Notes: generated by a model not told the origin, from the sequence alone. A stretch of 64,000 nucleotides of DNA from Takakia lepidozioides (GCA_030704615.1 CM060731.1:49166001-49230000); one strand, 5' to 3'. Positions 1 through 13,899 are shown, numbered from the stretch's first letter. Translations and numbers: made by a program.

Positions 1-28
1 CATACTCGCTTGTATAAAAATTACGGAG

Positions 29-1017
29 TTAGTTTGGGACCGCAAAACAAACTGCAAACGAAAGTGGAGAAATGGTTTTGAAATTTACCATTGAAGGTCT
101 CGCAGAGAAACAGTGTCCGATTCCTGTGGGCTTGGATTGACGAGGCGCCACAACATCCGAGGGAGTCCTCATGTGTTTGGAGTCCGCTCTTTTTTTCTTG
201 TCAGCCTTTTGCCCGTTGGAAAGATTTCCTGCAGAGGAAGGAAATGGCTCGGGGGCTCTTTTTCGCCTCTTTGGTGCAGAACATTGTGCCACCAGTTCAG
301 GGTCAGGCTGTGTCGATGTTGGAGATGTTTTGTTATTGAACGACGGGGGGAGTGGAGGGGCAATAACAGGCAAGCACAGAAAATTGTCCCTTGAGCACTC
401 GACATCCTGGATGGAATGAAAACGCAACGAAGGAATATTTTACCTCGGAACTGCATTCCAATATAGACGTCGTTTGACAGGAAGGTCATGATCTGCAGAT
501 TTTCTGACTTGGAGCAACAGATGAATATCAGACCCCAAACTAAGTGAAACTAGGAGAATGGGCAAGGAGCGAGAAATGCGTTTAAGTCACCTGACTCCTG
601 CGGATTTGGGTTGTCCAACCCTCGTGCTGGGGAGATATGCGAAGAAGAGACGGAACAAGGTGCAGCGGAGCCGCAGCCACCCTGACGGTTGCCCTACAGG
701 TCGAATAGACCAGACCCTGCGTACTGAACAGGGAGGGTGAGGAATGTTGGGAAAGGTCGATAAAGTTTCCGGGATAATTCTGTTCTTCACCTATACCTTG
801 GACTTTACACCCAGGAGAACCCGAGAGGAGAAGAGTGTCGCCCGCTTCCCAAGAGGAGAAGGGTCTGACCGAGGATCCACCGAGGATCCACCGAGGACCA
901 ATTTGAGCACCATCGTGAACCCTCAGAAAGCCTTCAATACTACAACTCACTGCTAATCCGGAGGGTTCCCTTAGGGGACTTGAGGAACCGTTGACATCGT
1001 CAGCATCTCCTTGAACC
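29..1017 (-). other. Putative exons of an unidentified spliced gene running off the left edge
   Basis: Minus-strand splice signals (tctttggcag acceptor ~1017, ccaag|gtatag donor ~795, tcag|gtgact donor ~590) flank open, low-complexity frames. No recognisable domain. Confidence 0.25.
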
Positions 1018-1289
1018 TGCCAAAGAGACCTAATCATAAATCCGGGAGTGCAGGAATATGAACCTCTACTGAACAGTGGAGGTCACTAGATATAGTCATG
1101 TCCCCGTATGAAGGCCTATATCAGAGTCTTGGGACTGCCCGGAATGTGCGTCAAGAATTCAACAGAAAATGAGTGAAAATGAGAGTATTATATCTAATAC
1201 GTGTGTGATTACAAAGCAATGAAAATCAGAAACCATGAAGATATTCAATAGCTCGAGTGAGATGGGATTGATCAAAAATAATTTTATTT

Positions 1290-3676
1290 CGAAGCATCGT
1301 ATCATTCCAGACCGTAGAGACTGATGGTTGCTATCTTCTCAAGGTTCTTCAGACCTATTTGCTTGGAATGAGGAAACATCCCACTGTTTCAAGCTATCTT
1401 AGGAAAAAAAAGATAGGGTTGAGTTTTTTTCCCAATGTTTCAAACGATCCCAAGTTTAGCCCACTCTGGGATTTTATTGAGGACAACGGTTTTAAGAGTC
1501 AACAAGACATGAGTCGCGCGGGTTCGATACACACTTCATGGCGGTGTCGCCAATGAGCAGAGTGTTACTCTTGGTGTATTGTTAAGATAAAGCTTGAGCT
1601 CTTCCAGTAAAAACTTATCTCTGTCAGGGTCCACGAGCGCTTTATATTTTGGAAGGAAGATGGTATGTCCTAACGGGTTCAAGTATGATTTGTACATATT
1701 GTCTACAGTGTCGATGAGGAGAGTATTGGATTTGTAAGCTGTCGGGTTTTCCTCAGCGAAAATATCGTAAAGACGTTTAAAGTAGATGGGATTTTTGGGA
1801 GCTTTAGGCCATTTTTCGTTGAATGCATGACGGAATTGTCACTGCTGTAAGTTTTGACTTGGGAATAGTACTTACCGAACACGGCCTTGGCGATAGTCTC
1901 GACGTTCATTTCAGGTCCCGTGTTCCAAAAACAAACAACAATTTTTTTGATGGTCCACTTAATGAATTTGTCAAGACCGTTTCGCATAGCTAACTTGAAT
2001 TTCCCTGCGGAGATACAAGGCTGCATGGCAGGAGGGGATTTCTTTCCATCCTTTAGGTAAACCTCACAAAGGTAACCGATGTCCAGAACCAGGATGTAGT
2101 ATCCTGGCCAGCATCCATTCGGTCCCCAAGGAAGGGAATGCAGATCGTTTGGATTGACAGAAATGGAATAGTCAACTGGAGGGTAATGCATGTTGTCCTG
2201 TGGAATAACAGAAGAGTTCATTATTAATTTCAATTTCAGTAATCCCAATGTAGAGAAACGGAAAAATGGAGTTGAAAACATTACCGTTTTTTTTTTGGGG
2301 GGGGGGCTGCTGGGATCCTTGAGCAGACTGCTCCGCCTCTTTCCTATCTCTACGGGAAACAGTATCCTCCATCTCTGTGGCAGCAGATGGCAACCTCGAC
2401 TGTCCAGTGGAGGTTACCTGCAGAACCGGATCAGATAGTGCGACAGTGACTGTCCGATCCACTCTTGTCTTCACCGTCTCAGTCTCGTTGGAGTCGATCC
2501 GTGTGTGTTTGATCTCCTCAGACGTCGTCTCACGAATCTACAAGAAATTAAGGAATTTCACGGATGAGGAGTATGGTGATCAAAATGATCCGACAAAATT
2601 ACCGAATTGAGCAATACCAAAGATGAGACTCAAAGACCAATAATAAGAGTAATAAGAATAACGCCAATGTAGTACCCAAATCGGGATTTGTTGTTGGATT
2701 ACGCGCTTGTGCTGCTCCGTCTCTTCTACTTCCCCGTGAGTAGGAGGATTCTCCGACTCATTCCCTGCAGATGGCAACGTCGACTGGACAGTGGAGGTTA
2801 CTTGCAGAACCGGTTCAGGTGACCTGGCCCTCACTGTCAGATCCACGTGTCTCTTCACCGTTTGAGTCTCCTTTGAGCCAGTTCGTGTGTGTATCATTTC
2901 CTCCGATTGGGATTCTTGGATCTACAAGAAAAGTATCGAAACAGTTAGTGGTTGTCCACAAGGATATGCGAACAGAAATATGTATCCGGATGGAAATATG
3001 TTTATTCGAAAGTCCAGAACAAAGGAAATGGAAAAAACATTCGGATTATTCTACTCACAAGTATGTATAATTACAATATTTGTCATATTCTATTCTAGAG
3101 TGTGTACGAATAAAAATTCACTAATTGTCATTCGTTACCTACATCCAGAACCACTTCCTGGGTGATATTCTGGGACACCAGCTCTCGAGGATTGTTAACG
3201 GGATCCGGTGACATAATCAAAGGCTCATCACCTTCCACAGGTGTGAACCCTTGAGCTAAGGTTTCAACTAACTCCGTCGCTGTCGCTTCTTTCCCCCCCT
3301 GGAGAAGCCGGATTTTTATTCGTGGTGTTATCGGAACTGGAGGAAGAGTGTCCACATTGTGTACACTTTCTGGCGCAACGCGTTCTTGGGTATCTGGAGT
3401 ACTACCGAGTGTATCCAACCCGAAAATTTCCTGGCCCTCTCTTTCTCTTTCCCACATCAGTCGCATCTGCCCCTGGTCTTCGGTGACGATTTCCATGTTC
3501 TCATCTTCGTCTTCATGTTCGTCTTTCTCCTCCTCCTCGTCCTGTTCTTGTTTCTCCTCATTTTCCTCACCCTGCTTTTTGTCGTGTCCTTCCTCATGAA
3601 TCCTCTTCTTCGTCCGCTTCGTCATCCTGCAGTGAGTCTCTGTCATCTCCGTCTCCGGCGATAGTCTGATTATCAA
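1290..3676 (-). pseudogene. Multi-exon gene: acidic/low-complexity N-terminus plus degenerate FCP1/NIF-like (HAD superfamily) phosphatase domain
   Basis: Exons ~3676-3138, 2921-2676, 2537-2285 and 2198-~1300 have GT/AG borders. The last exon reads ILVLDIGYL...KLAMRNGLDKFIKWTIKKIVVCFWNTG (cf. NIF LLVLDLxGxL...VxKRPGLDEFLxW...VxVWSSA) and, after frameshifts, LLIGDTAMKCVSNP (cf. LLIDDSPxKxxxNP). The catalytic DxDxT motif is degenerate and there are several frameshifts and stops. Confidence 0.45.
2285..2921 (-). repeat. Tandemly duplicated exon pair
   Basis: ~2370-2520 and ~2765-2905 are clearly similar (EEIKHTRIDSNETETVKTRVDRTVTVALSDPVLQVTSTGQSRLPSA vs EEMIHTRTGSKETQTVKRHVDLTVRARSPEPVLQVTSTVQSTLPSA). 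Both follow the same tttcttgtag acceptor. Confidence 0.7.
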
Positions 3677-4691
3677 TCTGAAGCGTCTTGAAATAAGCCT
3701 CCACCTTGCTTCTACAAAACTTCTTTTTCGTTACATAGTTTATGTCAAGCACACGAATATTTCATTCCTGCAATGAAACCAAACAATGAAATCAAAACAA
3801 AGCCGACGAAATGCAACCATCGAAAAATTGAAAGGGTTAGGCTTTCTTTTGAGACAACTGGCAAACACACCAAAATCCCGAATAACAAATACCCAAAACA
3901 CCCAGAACTCCAATAACATGAACCTCCACAATAGCAGAAAAAACGGTGCAAGTCCCAACCGTGATCTGGCATCAACAAATTTTTGGTTTCCCCCCAGCTG
4001 TGTGTAATGGGACCTGAAGCTCGTACGTAGAATCGCCAGGGCATTCTGGTTATCCTCAAAGGTCTACTTGCACGACAAAACATACTTTTTGAAGGCAGCA
4101 GTCATTGGTTGCGTCTCCATATTCATCTTCTGTTAACCAACGCGGGTTGTGTCACCCTCTCTCCATGTGCGCGAAAGCACAGCCGAGTTCGAATAGTCAC
4201 TCAATCTCTCAAACGCACTTGGGCGAACCACTCGCTGTGAAGCAAAGGTAGTACCCACACCCAAGACTACTAGATCAGACGACTGCACTATCAAGGCCCC
4301 ACCCTTTAGACCATCAACCAACTGTGAATAAGTAGGCGCCAAGGCGCAGGGCCGGAGTAGATGATTTGTTGTGTGAGATATGTGACGAGGATCAGCTTTG
4401 GTTTGAGCGTGTAGAAAGAGCTGTCGTGGGTGACTTTGCTGCATTAACCAGTCATCACGAGGCCTTGTTCATGAGGTCTTTGCTTGAGCCTGGTGCGGTG
4501 GTGTCCAGAGCCAGACAACTTGCTAGGTGAGAATTTGAGTTGCGCAATGAAGAACGTCTGCCGTCTAGAATGATCAAGTTGCGTTTTCTACACCATTGCG
4601 AATTGACCTGCTTAGAAGTTGGTTTGTATTTACCTCTCTCTGGTGTTCAAAGTGCGGAGCTTCATCATGGCCCTCGTGTGGTAGGAAGAAG

Positions 4692-7600
4692 TTAATTGTC
4701 GTTAATGTTACAAGGCACGGTACAATAAAAGAAGTCCAAGTCTTCGAGCTCTTTCAACAGCCCCAAACAATCAGGCACGACTTGTATGCTGGAACAACCC
4801 CGAAGCTTGAGGATTTTTAACAATGCAAGATTACCAATGGAGTTTGGCAGGCCTTTGAGTGCTGTACAATTCATGAGCCACAGTTGTTCGAGATGAATCA
4901 ATGCTCCGATGGAATCAGGCACGACTTGTATGTTGGAACAACCCCGAAGATTGAGGATTTTTAACAATGCAAGATTACCAATGGAGTCTGGCAGGCCTTT
5001 GAGTGCTATACAATTCACGAGCCTCAGTTGTTCGAGATGAATCAATGCTCCGATGGAATCAGGCAACCTCTCCAAGCTGGTACAAGACTCTAGGTCCAAC
5101 GTTTTGAGCTCCTTTAACAGCCCCAAGTAGTCAGGCAAGGCTTGTATGTTGGAACAACCCTTAAGGTTGAGGAATTTTAACTTTGCAAGATTACCAATGG
5201 AGTCTGGCAGGCCTTTGAGTGTTGTACAATTCATGAGCCACAGTTTTTGGAGATGAATCAATGTTCCGATGGATTCAGGCAAGCTCTCCAAGCTGGTGCA
5301 AGAAGAGAGATCCAAGTTTTCGAGCTCTTTCAACAGCCCCAAACAATCAAGCACGGCTTGTATGTTGCAGGAACAACCCTCAAGGCTGAGGACTTTTAAT
5401 TTTGTAAGATTACCAATGGAGTCTGGTAGGCCTTTGAGTGTTGTACAATTGACGAGCCTCAGTTGTTCGAGATGAATCAATGCTCCGATGCAATCAGGCA
5501 ACCTCTCCAAGCTGGTACAAGACTCTAGGTCCAACGTTTTGAGCTCCTTCAACAACCCCAAATAATCAGGCACGACTTGTACGTTGGAACAACCCCGAAG
5601 ATTGAGGATTTTTAACAATGCAAGATTACCAATGGAGTCTGGCAAGCCTTTGAGTGTTGTACAATTCATGAGCCACAGTTGTTCGAGATGAATCAATGCT
5701 CCGATGGAATCAGGCACGACTTGTATGTTGGAACAACCCCGAAGATTGAGGATTTTTAACAATGCAAGATTACCAATGGAGTCTGGCAGGCCTTTGAGTG
5801 CTATACAATTCACGAGCCTCAGTTGTTCGAGATGAATCAATGCTCCGATGGAATCAGGCAACCTCTCCAAGCTGGTACAAGACTCTAGGTCCAACGTTTT
5901 GAGCTCCTTTAACAACCCCAAGTAGTCAGGCAAGGCTTGTATGTTGGAACAACCCTTAAGGTTGAGGAATTTTAACTTTGCAAGATTACCAATGGAGTCT
6001 GGCAGGCCTTTGAGTGTTGTACAATTCATGAGCCACAGTTTTTGGAGATGAATCAATGTTCCGATGGATTCAGGCAAGCTCTCCAAGCTGGTGCAAGAAG
6101 AGAGATCCAAGTTTTCGAGCTCTTTCAACAGCCCCAAACAATCAAGCACGGCTTGTATGTTGCAGGAACAACCCTCAAGGCTGAGGACTTTTAATTTTGT
6201 AAGATTACCAATGGAGTCTGGTAGGCCTTTGAGTGTTGTACAATTGACGAGCCTCAGTTGTTCGAGATGAATCAATGCTCCGATGCAATCAGGCAACCTC
6301 TCCAAGCTGGTACAAGACTCTAGGTCCAACGTTTTGAGCTCCTTCAACAACCCCAAATAATCAGGCACGACTTGTACGTTGGAACAACCCCGAAGATTGA
6401 GGATTTTTAACAATGCAAGATTACCAATGGAGTCTGGCAAGCCTTTGAGTGTTGTACAATTCATGAGCCACAGTTGTTCGAGATGAATCAATGCTCCGAT
6501 GGAATCAGGCACGACTTGTATGTTGGAACAACCCCGAAGATTGAGGATTTTTAACAATGCAAGATTACCAATGGAGTCTGGCAGGCCTTTGAGTGCTATA
6601 CAATTCACGAGCCTCAGTTGTTCGAGATGTATCAATGCTCCGATGGAATCAGGCAACCTCTCCAAGCTGGTACAAGACTCCAGGTCCAACGTTTTGAGCT
6701 CCTTTAACAGCCCCAAGTAGTCAGGCAAGGCTTGTATGTTGGAACAACCCTTAAGGTTGAGGAATTTTAACTTTGCAAGATTACCAATGGAGTCCGGCAG
6801 GCCTTTGAGTGCTGTACAATTCATGAGCCACAGTTTTTGGAGATGAATCAATGTTCCGATGGATTCAGGCAAGCTCTCCAAGCTGGTGCATGATGAGAGG
6901 TCCAACTCTTCGAGCTCTTTCAACAACCCCAAACAATCAGGGAGGGCTTGTATATTGGAACAACCCTCGAAGTTGAGGACTTTTAACATTGTAAGCTTAA
7001 CAATGGAAGCTGGTAGGCCTTTGAGTGTTGTACAATGCTTGACAATCATCTTTTGAAGCATCGTTAGCTCTCCAATTGAATGTGGAAGCATTTCAAGTCT
7101 CGAACAACTAGATAGTTCTATCTCCTCCACTTTTTTCATATGAGCCAAAGTGTGTGTTGGACCCTTCAAGACAATATCACCAAAACTTATTAGTATCCGC
7201 ACCTAGTTTTACTCAAAATAATAGATATTGATCCCAGCTCATTTTTTACAACACAACATTTCAAAGAAGCATACAATCTAAAGTCTACATTTAATGTAAT
7301 ATATGATATTCAATTTAAGTAACATGTACCTGATTATTATGATCTTCCTCCCACAACTTTTGGATGGCACTGTCACGCACATGAAGCACGCGCAAATTGT
7401 TCGCAAAAGAAAGCCCGTGAGGCAAGTAGTCGGACCGCAAATCACACATGCGAAACCATGTCAAACTCTTTGGAAAAGTAATGGAAGATTCCCATGTGAA
7501 ATCATGTAAGAAAAGTATTCTTAGCTTTTTCATTGTCTGAAAGCTCTCCATAACCAATCTTTTGGAATCTCTATCCACATTCTCCAAATTTGGTGAAAGC

Positions 7601-10600
7601 ACTTGGACCTTGGATTTGATCTGGACAACACCACAACATACATTCTTGTATTCAACAGATAATAACATTCATGACGTCTTCAAATAGAAATTCCAATCAT
7701 ATGGCATCTATGAAAAGAATTGAACGTGCATTACATTTTGTGTTTCTCTTGTACAATGAATGTCCATCAAGTTGTTGATTTATAGTCAAGCCTTGAAGTT
7801 GTGCAGCTCTCAAAATGAGTTAACACTTGGAACAATCAGTTCGCTCCTTCTTCACCCATCAATCAAATATTTGAGTCTTGACTTGCATCGTACAAACTTA
7901 AACAACAATGGAATAGACAGTTCGATTTTTATGAAATCACCTCATTTTCAGTCAGGTCTGTTGCTTCGTCTTGGGGTACCCAAAAACCACTCCACTTCTC
8001 AAGCAAACCATGCTCTGTCATCACAATGTGTCGACCCATGTCTCGTAGATGATCATGCATCAAGAGTTTGCGTTCATAGTCCAACTTCACCAATGCCTTA
8101 TCTATGAGATTTCGAAGTCCAATCTCTGCAGACCACCTAGATCCTTTCCAGGCTCGTTTAGCTGACTCACTTGATTCCCCAAGGAGCACGCAAGCAATGT
8201 CAAGGAACATTTTTTTATGATCTTCCTCGAGAGCATCAAAGCTTATTCGCAAGATCTCATATAGTTTTTTGTACTCTGGGAGATAAGATTGTTTCTGCAA
8301 CTTCTCAAGGACTTCTTCCCAAATGCCTTTGTTCTCCTCTCCACTCAATGATGCGCCAATTATCTCCAAAATTAACGGAAGCCCACCACAAGCTTTCACA
8401 ACATCATTTGCAAGCTTTTCAAAATGTTCTTTTCGGTTCGAATTCGAAAAGGCGTGCAAATTGAACAACTTCTTCGAATCTTCCTCACAAAGACCCTCGA
8501 CATTGTAGATACCACCAAGTTTTAACATCAATCGCTTGTCACGTGATGTCATCACACAACAACTCCCATCTCCTAGTTCTCCAAACATCTCTGCATCGAA
8601 CAATAGAGCATCCATTTGAGACCGATCATCAACGTCATCCAACACAATCAAAACCTTCTTCCCACGTAGACGTGCCTTCAACATTTCTTTTCCTCGAGAT
8701 ACGTAATTCATCCTTAAATCTGTATTTTTGGATATATCATCGTGCAATTGCTTTTGCATGTTGGTGATCCCATCAGGCTGCTTAGCTCTCTCCTTGATGT
8801 CCGCCACAAAACTAGCAGCCTCAAAACCCGTAAAAATACTATTGTATATTTCTTTCGCTAATGTCGTCTTGCCCACTCCACCTGTGCCCCATATGCCAAA
8901 TGTCATAACTCTTGGACCAAGCTGCAGACTTTGGATTACAATTTTTGCTCTTTCCTTAAGCCCGACAGGGTGTTTGGCAGTTCCAAATGGTAATATGTTC
9001 AAAACTTCTTCAACTTTCTTCACCACTTTCTTCACCACACTCACTTCAGACCTGCACATCAAGGGCATTGATAAGGCTACATAAGGCAGTGCCCCATAAG
9101 CATCTCATCAAGAATTGCTTCTAAGAACTAGTAATTTTCAATCAGTTATCCAAAGGCAAAAGCAAGCTTCCAAGGAGCTCCAACATCTACACCACAATCA
9201 GCACCTCACTTTGTGATCTAAGAGTGCAACAAACAACTTTTTATGCAAAGCTCATAGTGCCAAGGGGATTTGCCATTAAAAGTGATGTTGATCCACTAAA
9301 AGATCTCGTCAGAAAACAAACAATTACAACTATCATGAAATTTATATGAAATATCCTAAATCATATAATTAAAGTCCCACTTCTACATTTGCATGCACGA
9401 TTCTTTCCTAGGAGATAAAAAGAATGAGGAAATAGAGAGTGGCTGTAATATCTTTACGAATATGGAGATATATCCATACTTACAGATAAAGGTAGCCAAA
9501 TAAGAAGCATTGAGCAGATCTAATCTAAGGTTATTATAGAGGAATTTTCAGATGAGCAAACAAAAAACAATTAGAGAAACAGCAACAAAAAAGTAATAGA
9601 AAAAGAAAACCAAAAAAAAAGAAAAAAGAAGCATGTACAAAAAAGACACCGTCCATAACAAAACAATGAACATGGATTCATATGAACCCTGAACTAAGAA
9701 TTGTAGTATATAGACTTGGTGACTGCCTCTCACACATCCATGGACCAAGCAAAAAATGAAGACGTATGGAAGTATCAGGCTACCGTCATTTTCTCTCCAA
9801 GAGAAAGTAAGCGCAATGACCTGACGGTACAAGAACGCATGACAAATCCTTAAAACTGACAAGAGAAGAAAACGATATCCCCATGCAGCCCCTCGTTGTT
9901 GACAAAGGCCTCCACAACTTCAAGGGTAGAGTCATAAAAGGAAGACAGCAAGGTAGGAGCAATTGGGAAATGAATGCTCCTAAAAGTCAAAATTATGAAA
10001 GAGACGTTCTCAGGAGTGGGAGGGAGGTGGGAAATCAAGTAAATCATCATCATGCTAAATATACAGGAGTAAGCAAGCAAACTTTGCACACCCTACCCAT
10101 CTGCAAGTTCCACTCCCATGCGATGCGATGCTTGAGTGAGTGCTTCCTTCCACTTTGTCACTTCTTCATCAGTGTGCCGCTGTCTTAGTTTCTCAAGCCC
10201 AGCCCTTAAACAACCATTATCTGGCCAGCGTACATCGCTGGGTGTCACATCATAGAAGATGGGCAAGATGACATTGTCACGGCTTTTCAACATGAGGCAT
10301 AGCTCATCCAGGCACCACTTGGACTCCGTATAACCCTTACTGAACACCGGTATGCAGATACGAGCACTGCGGATAGCATGATCGATGGACTCCCATGGAC
10401 TCTCTCCCAAACCAATATCTTTGGCGTCGAGGAACGGTTTAAACCCAGCAGTGCGCAGCGCCTCATCCAAGTGGCCCGCGAAAGTCTTCTTTACGTCCGG
10501 CCCTCTATGACTGATAAACACATCATACCTCTCCACGGGACCTGCACATAGAAGAACAGAACCTTTTCCTGCACAAAGTGAATGCCTCAGAGGATGATGT

Positions 10601-11049
10601 TGACTTGCAAAAGGGTCAGTTTAATCTGACCTTAAATCAAGGGGATTTTCCAGCAGCCATGACAAGAAAATAATGCCCCAAGTAAATGCCCATGCCTGAG
10701 CATACAAACCAAAAAATGGTGAGGCTTCTGGGGATGAGCGAAAAGGTATTTACCAAGCCACCAGTTCCCTCACCCCTGACTCTCTTTCTATCTTTCATAC
10801 CTCAGATATGTACCAATTGTGACACTATTTAGGTGTGTGACTCTTAGTGCACATCACCTGCGGACTCACATGTACCGATCAACACCAGTATTGTAATACC
10901 AGTGTTAGACCCTCAAGCTGGCGTCCATGGACTTCTAAAACAGATTAAACTTTTCTCATCTCCAGCAGGTAACTCCCACTTTCAGTCTTGCACCCAGCTT
11001 ACTCACCTACGTCGTTTCTTCTAGTTCTCTTGCATTCCCATGTCATCAT
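4692..11049 (-). CDS. TIR-NB-ARC-LRR (TNL) immune receptor, apparently intact
   Basis: Phase-compatible exons: 11049-11007 (tentative start exon), 10541-10097 (TIR: YDVFISHRGPD, SKWCLDEL with the catalytic Glu), 9051-7941 (NB-ARC: P-loop GTGGVGKT, kinase-2 LIVLDDVD, GLPL, MHD), 7620-7330, and 7202-4692 (>30 LRRs of ~24 aa). GT/AG borders were checked. Confidence 0.95.
4740..7060 (-). repeat. Near-identical 795-bp (265-aa) block repeated ~3x in the LRR exon
   Basis: Equivalent positions occur at 5269, 6064 and 6859 (spacing 795). The blocks differ at only a few bases. Confidence 0.92.
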
Positions 11050-11363
11050 GTTTACCACGGATAGTTCCTAAACTTAACACCAGAACAGTGCCTCTTCATT
11101 CAGATCGGGTGTGGTGCGAACTACTCCCCAAACTTCAAACAAGTTGGCGCAAGGTGAGAAGGACTTATGCTCATCAAGTCCCGCCAAATTTCCACCACTT
11201 CTGGGAGGTGCGGAATGTTCACAAAAGAAGCTCGCGGCGGTGGGCTATCGTCTGATAACCCCTACTAATTGTCAATCCCACCCAAGGAGGCCAGCGGAGT
11301 AGCTCTCTCAATGGAGGAAAGAAAGCTGACAGCGTTACCTCTGGGGGTTCGGTTGCCGCGGTT

Positions 11364-11622
11364 GATATCCACTGAGTCATCCTCGGCAGCCCGTTCATGT
11401 GGATCCTGAGAGCTGGAAGCAAGCGTGGACCTTTGAGCAGATGCAGAGCTGATATCCACCGAGTCATCCTCGGCAGCCCGTTCATGTGGATCCTGAGAGC
11501 TGGAAGCAAGCGTGGACCTTTCAGCAGATGCAGCGCTGATATCCACTGAGTCATCCTCGGTAGCCCGTTCATGTGGACCCTGAGAGCTGGAAGCAAGCGT
11601 GGACCTTTCAGCAGATGCAGCA
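11364..11622. repeat. 87-bp tandem repeat x3 upstream of the TNL
   Basis: Units start at 11364, 11451 and 11538 (gatatccactgagtcatcctcggcagcccgttcatgtgg...). On the minus strand they read as 29-aa repeats inside ORF 11265-11825. Confidence 0.9.
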
Positions 11623-12567
11623 CTGGATTTCGACCAGAGAGGAGGCAGCCACTGCACGGCACAGCGAACATAGCACACACCAACAATCGCAAGCGCCGCC
11701 CAGGTAGCCCATCCTACATTTTGACTCTTCCACTGTACGCTCCAATTCATGTTCACCCTCGATCGGCTTCCGATGCAGCACCAACCTTTATCCACCACAA
11801 GCTGCATGCCATGCCATGACTTCACACTCTCAAGAACCCACTACCTCTTTCAGAATATGAAATCCCAACAGACATCAATACATGTCGGAAAGACCTCATA
11901 CCGCATGTACAAGCATCCCCAGCCATTGGAATGGCATTGTGCGGCATAGTGAGGAGACGATGCAAGGGCGTCCATGGCAGCGAGCAGTCAAGAAGAAGCA
12001 AGTAGCACTGAAGACACAGGATCGCAGTGAGGATCAGAAGGACCCAACACGACTGCCTCGCTCCCTCTCTCTTCCCAGTGTTCATCCAGAAATATGGATG
12101 AACAATCCGCTCATGGATGTTCGTTAACCTTCCCCTTAAACATAAAGCACTTTGAAATATTTCTCTTTGTTATTATCTGCTCCCCAAGAGTAGATTGGCT
12201 CGCTTGGCGCAGTGACAGACATTCTTCTTTTCAACAAAAGCTGGAAGAACACACAGGAAAGAAGTGATTGGAGAATGAAAAGAAGCGCCTGGTCGAAAAG
12301 ATTCGAAAGGTGGAAAGAAATCTTTCACATGCTTTACAAGGGAAGGTCGGCGGTGCCCGAAAATCGAGGAATGCCCCCACACCAAGGGCCTCGAGTGGCG
12401 CAATCAAGTCGCACCAACTCTCCTCACACATATCCACAATCGTGGGTATCTAAACATGCTCTACTGGTCTTTTTCCATGTCCAAAGTACTCTGATAAGCA
12501 CTGCACTACTGCTCAATTGACTCATATGCACCGAATCTCTTGTTGCTGTGTACATGAATCCATCAAA

Positions 12568-12743
12568 TTGTATATATATTTACATTTGACGCCTCCCCAA
12601 GGAATCGTAAATTATGGTGTCTCTTCACCCCCAAGGGTTATTGCCTTCCGCTAGGAAGGTGGGCACCTTTGTGACACAATTGGTGGATTGAACCCACAAC
12701 CACTTTCGAGGTGGTGTGTGCCCATTACCATTGGGCTACAACT
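12568..12743 (-). mobile_element. tRNA-derived SINE (~176 bp)
   Basis: The minus strand has a Pol III A box (TAGCCCAATGG), a B box (GGTTCAATCC) and an AT-rich 3' tail. A perfect 13-bp TSD, TGAATCCATCAAA, lies at 12555-12567 and 12744-12756. Confidence 0.8.
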
Positions 12744-13899
12744 TGAATCCATCAAACAACCTTCAAAAGAGATGGAAAAAGAATAGATGGTAGAATGTCA
12801 TGGCAGGGCCATGCTTTCGGCACAACAGAGCTGGAAACAATGGAAGGAAAGACAAGAAGAAAGAAGGTGGGGCCCAACCGTCCCCAAGGCTCACTTCAGC
12901 AGTGAGATTTTTTTAAGCTGTTCTGATTTCCTGTACAATAGATTTTCATCAGTTTGTTTCAAAATGTTCACTGCACCATGAAAGAAAGAAAGAAATTCTA
13001 CACTATCCATGGGAAGCTAAGAGAGTTTATGGGACAAAGGAAGTTGGATACAAGGACAGTGGGGCCCACTACAAGCAGCCCAAAAACTACACTGGAACTT
13101 CAAGAAATTCTTTAAGGTAGAGGCATCTTCTGATCCTTGCAAAGAAACACATATGTGTCGGATTGGCTGTCGCTACATAGGCAGTAGTAGTGGGACAGTG
13201 AGAAAAGAAATGCTCCATCTCCATCTCCAGAAGCCAGGCAGAGTTGTCCAGCATTCCTATCCCATCTCCTAGTCTCTATCCTCACACTTTGTAAGCCCAC
13301 ATTAGGAGATGGAGAGAGAGGCACAATCCAATACTTAGGCCATAAGATTCTATCCTTGGGAGAAGAAGGAAGGCAAATCGATAGAACTGCAGTTATGTGG
13401 TAATGGGAGTCAGTGATTTCTCAGTTATCTCCCGCTGACATGGAGTTGAAACTCATGCCTAATGAGTCACAGGGGGGGAGCCCTCTTTGATCTCAAATTC
13501 CCCCCACCAGGTACAAACTTCTCAGCTCCAGGGTCATGACGCCTCTTTGCTCTCAAGTTCCGCCCACAAACTCCTCCATTACCATCTCCACCATTTGCAC
13601 TTCAGGTTTGAATGCATGAGGTACCTTCATATACATATCTTTTGATGCTATCAGCTCAAGAGCTATATCTCATTATTAATGAGTCTACAAAATAATGGGA
13701 CCTTAAACCCTCATCCATACCGAGAAATGGAGATATGACTTGTAGACATACAAAACAACCCAATTTTAGATCAGGATATATTTATAACACAAAGAAAGGT
13801 CCTCTGGTCAGACTCTCTATACCATACATACATATATATTCTTCACTACCATCTAAAGAAAGCGGTTAGGGGAAGTAACACGCTAACCCAACTTATGAC

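Noticed and set aside
5269-7056. Repeated plus-strand ORFs (MDSGKLSKLV…)
   Set aside because: These are antisense shadows of the repeated LRR coding sequence.
12670-12743. tRNA gene
   Set aside because: It has A/B boxes but no convincing cloverleaf; the tail and TSD indicate a SINE.
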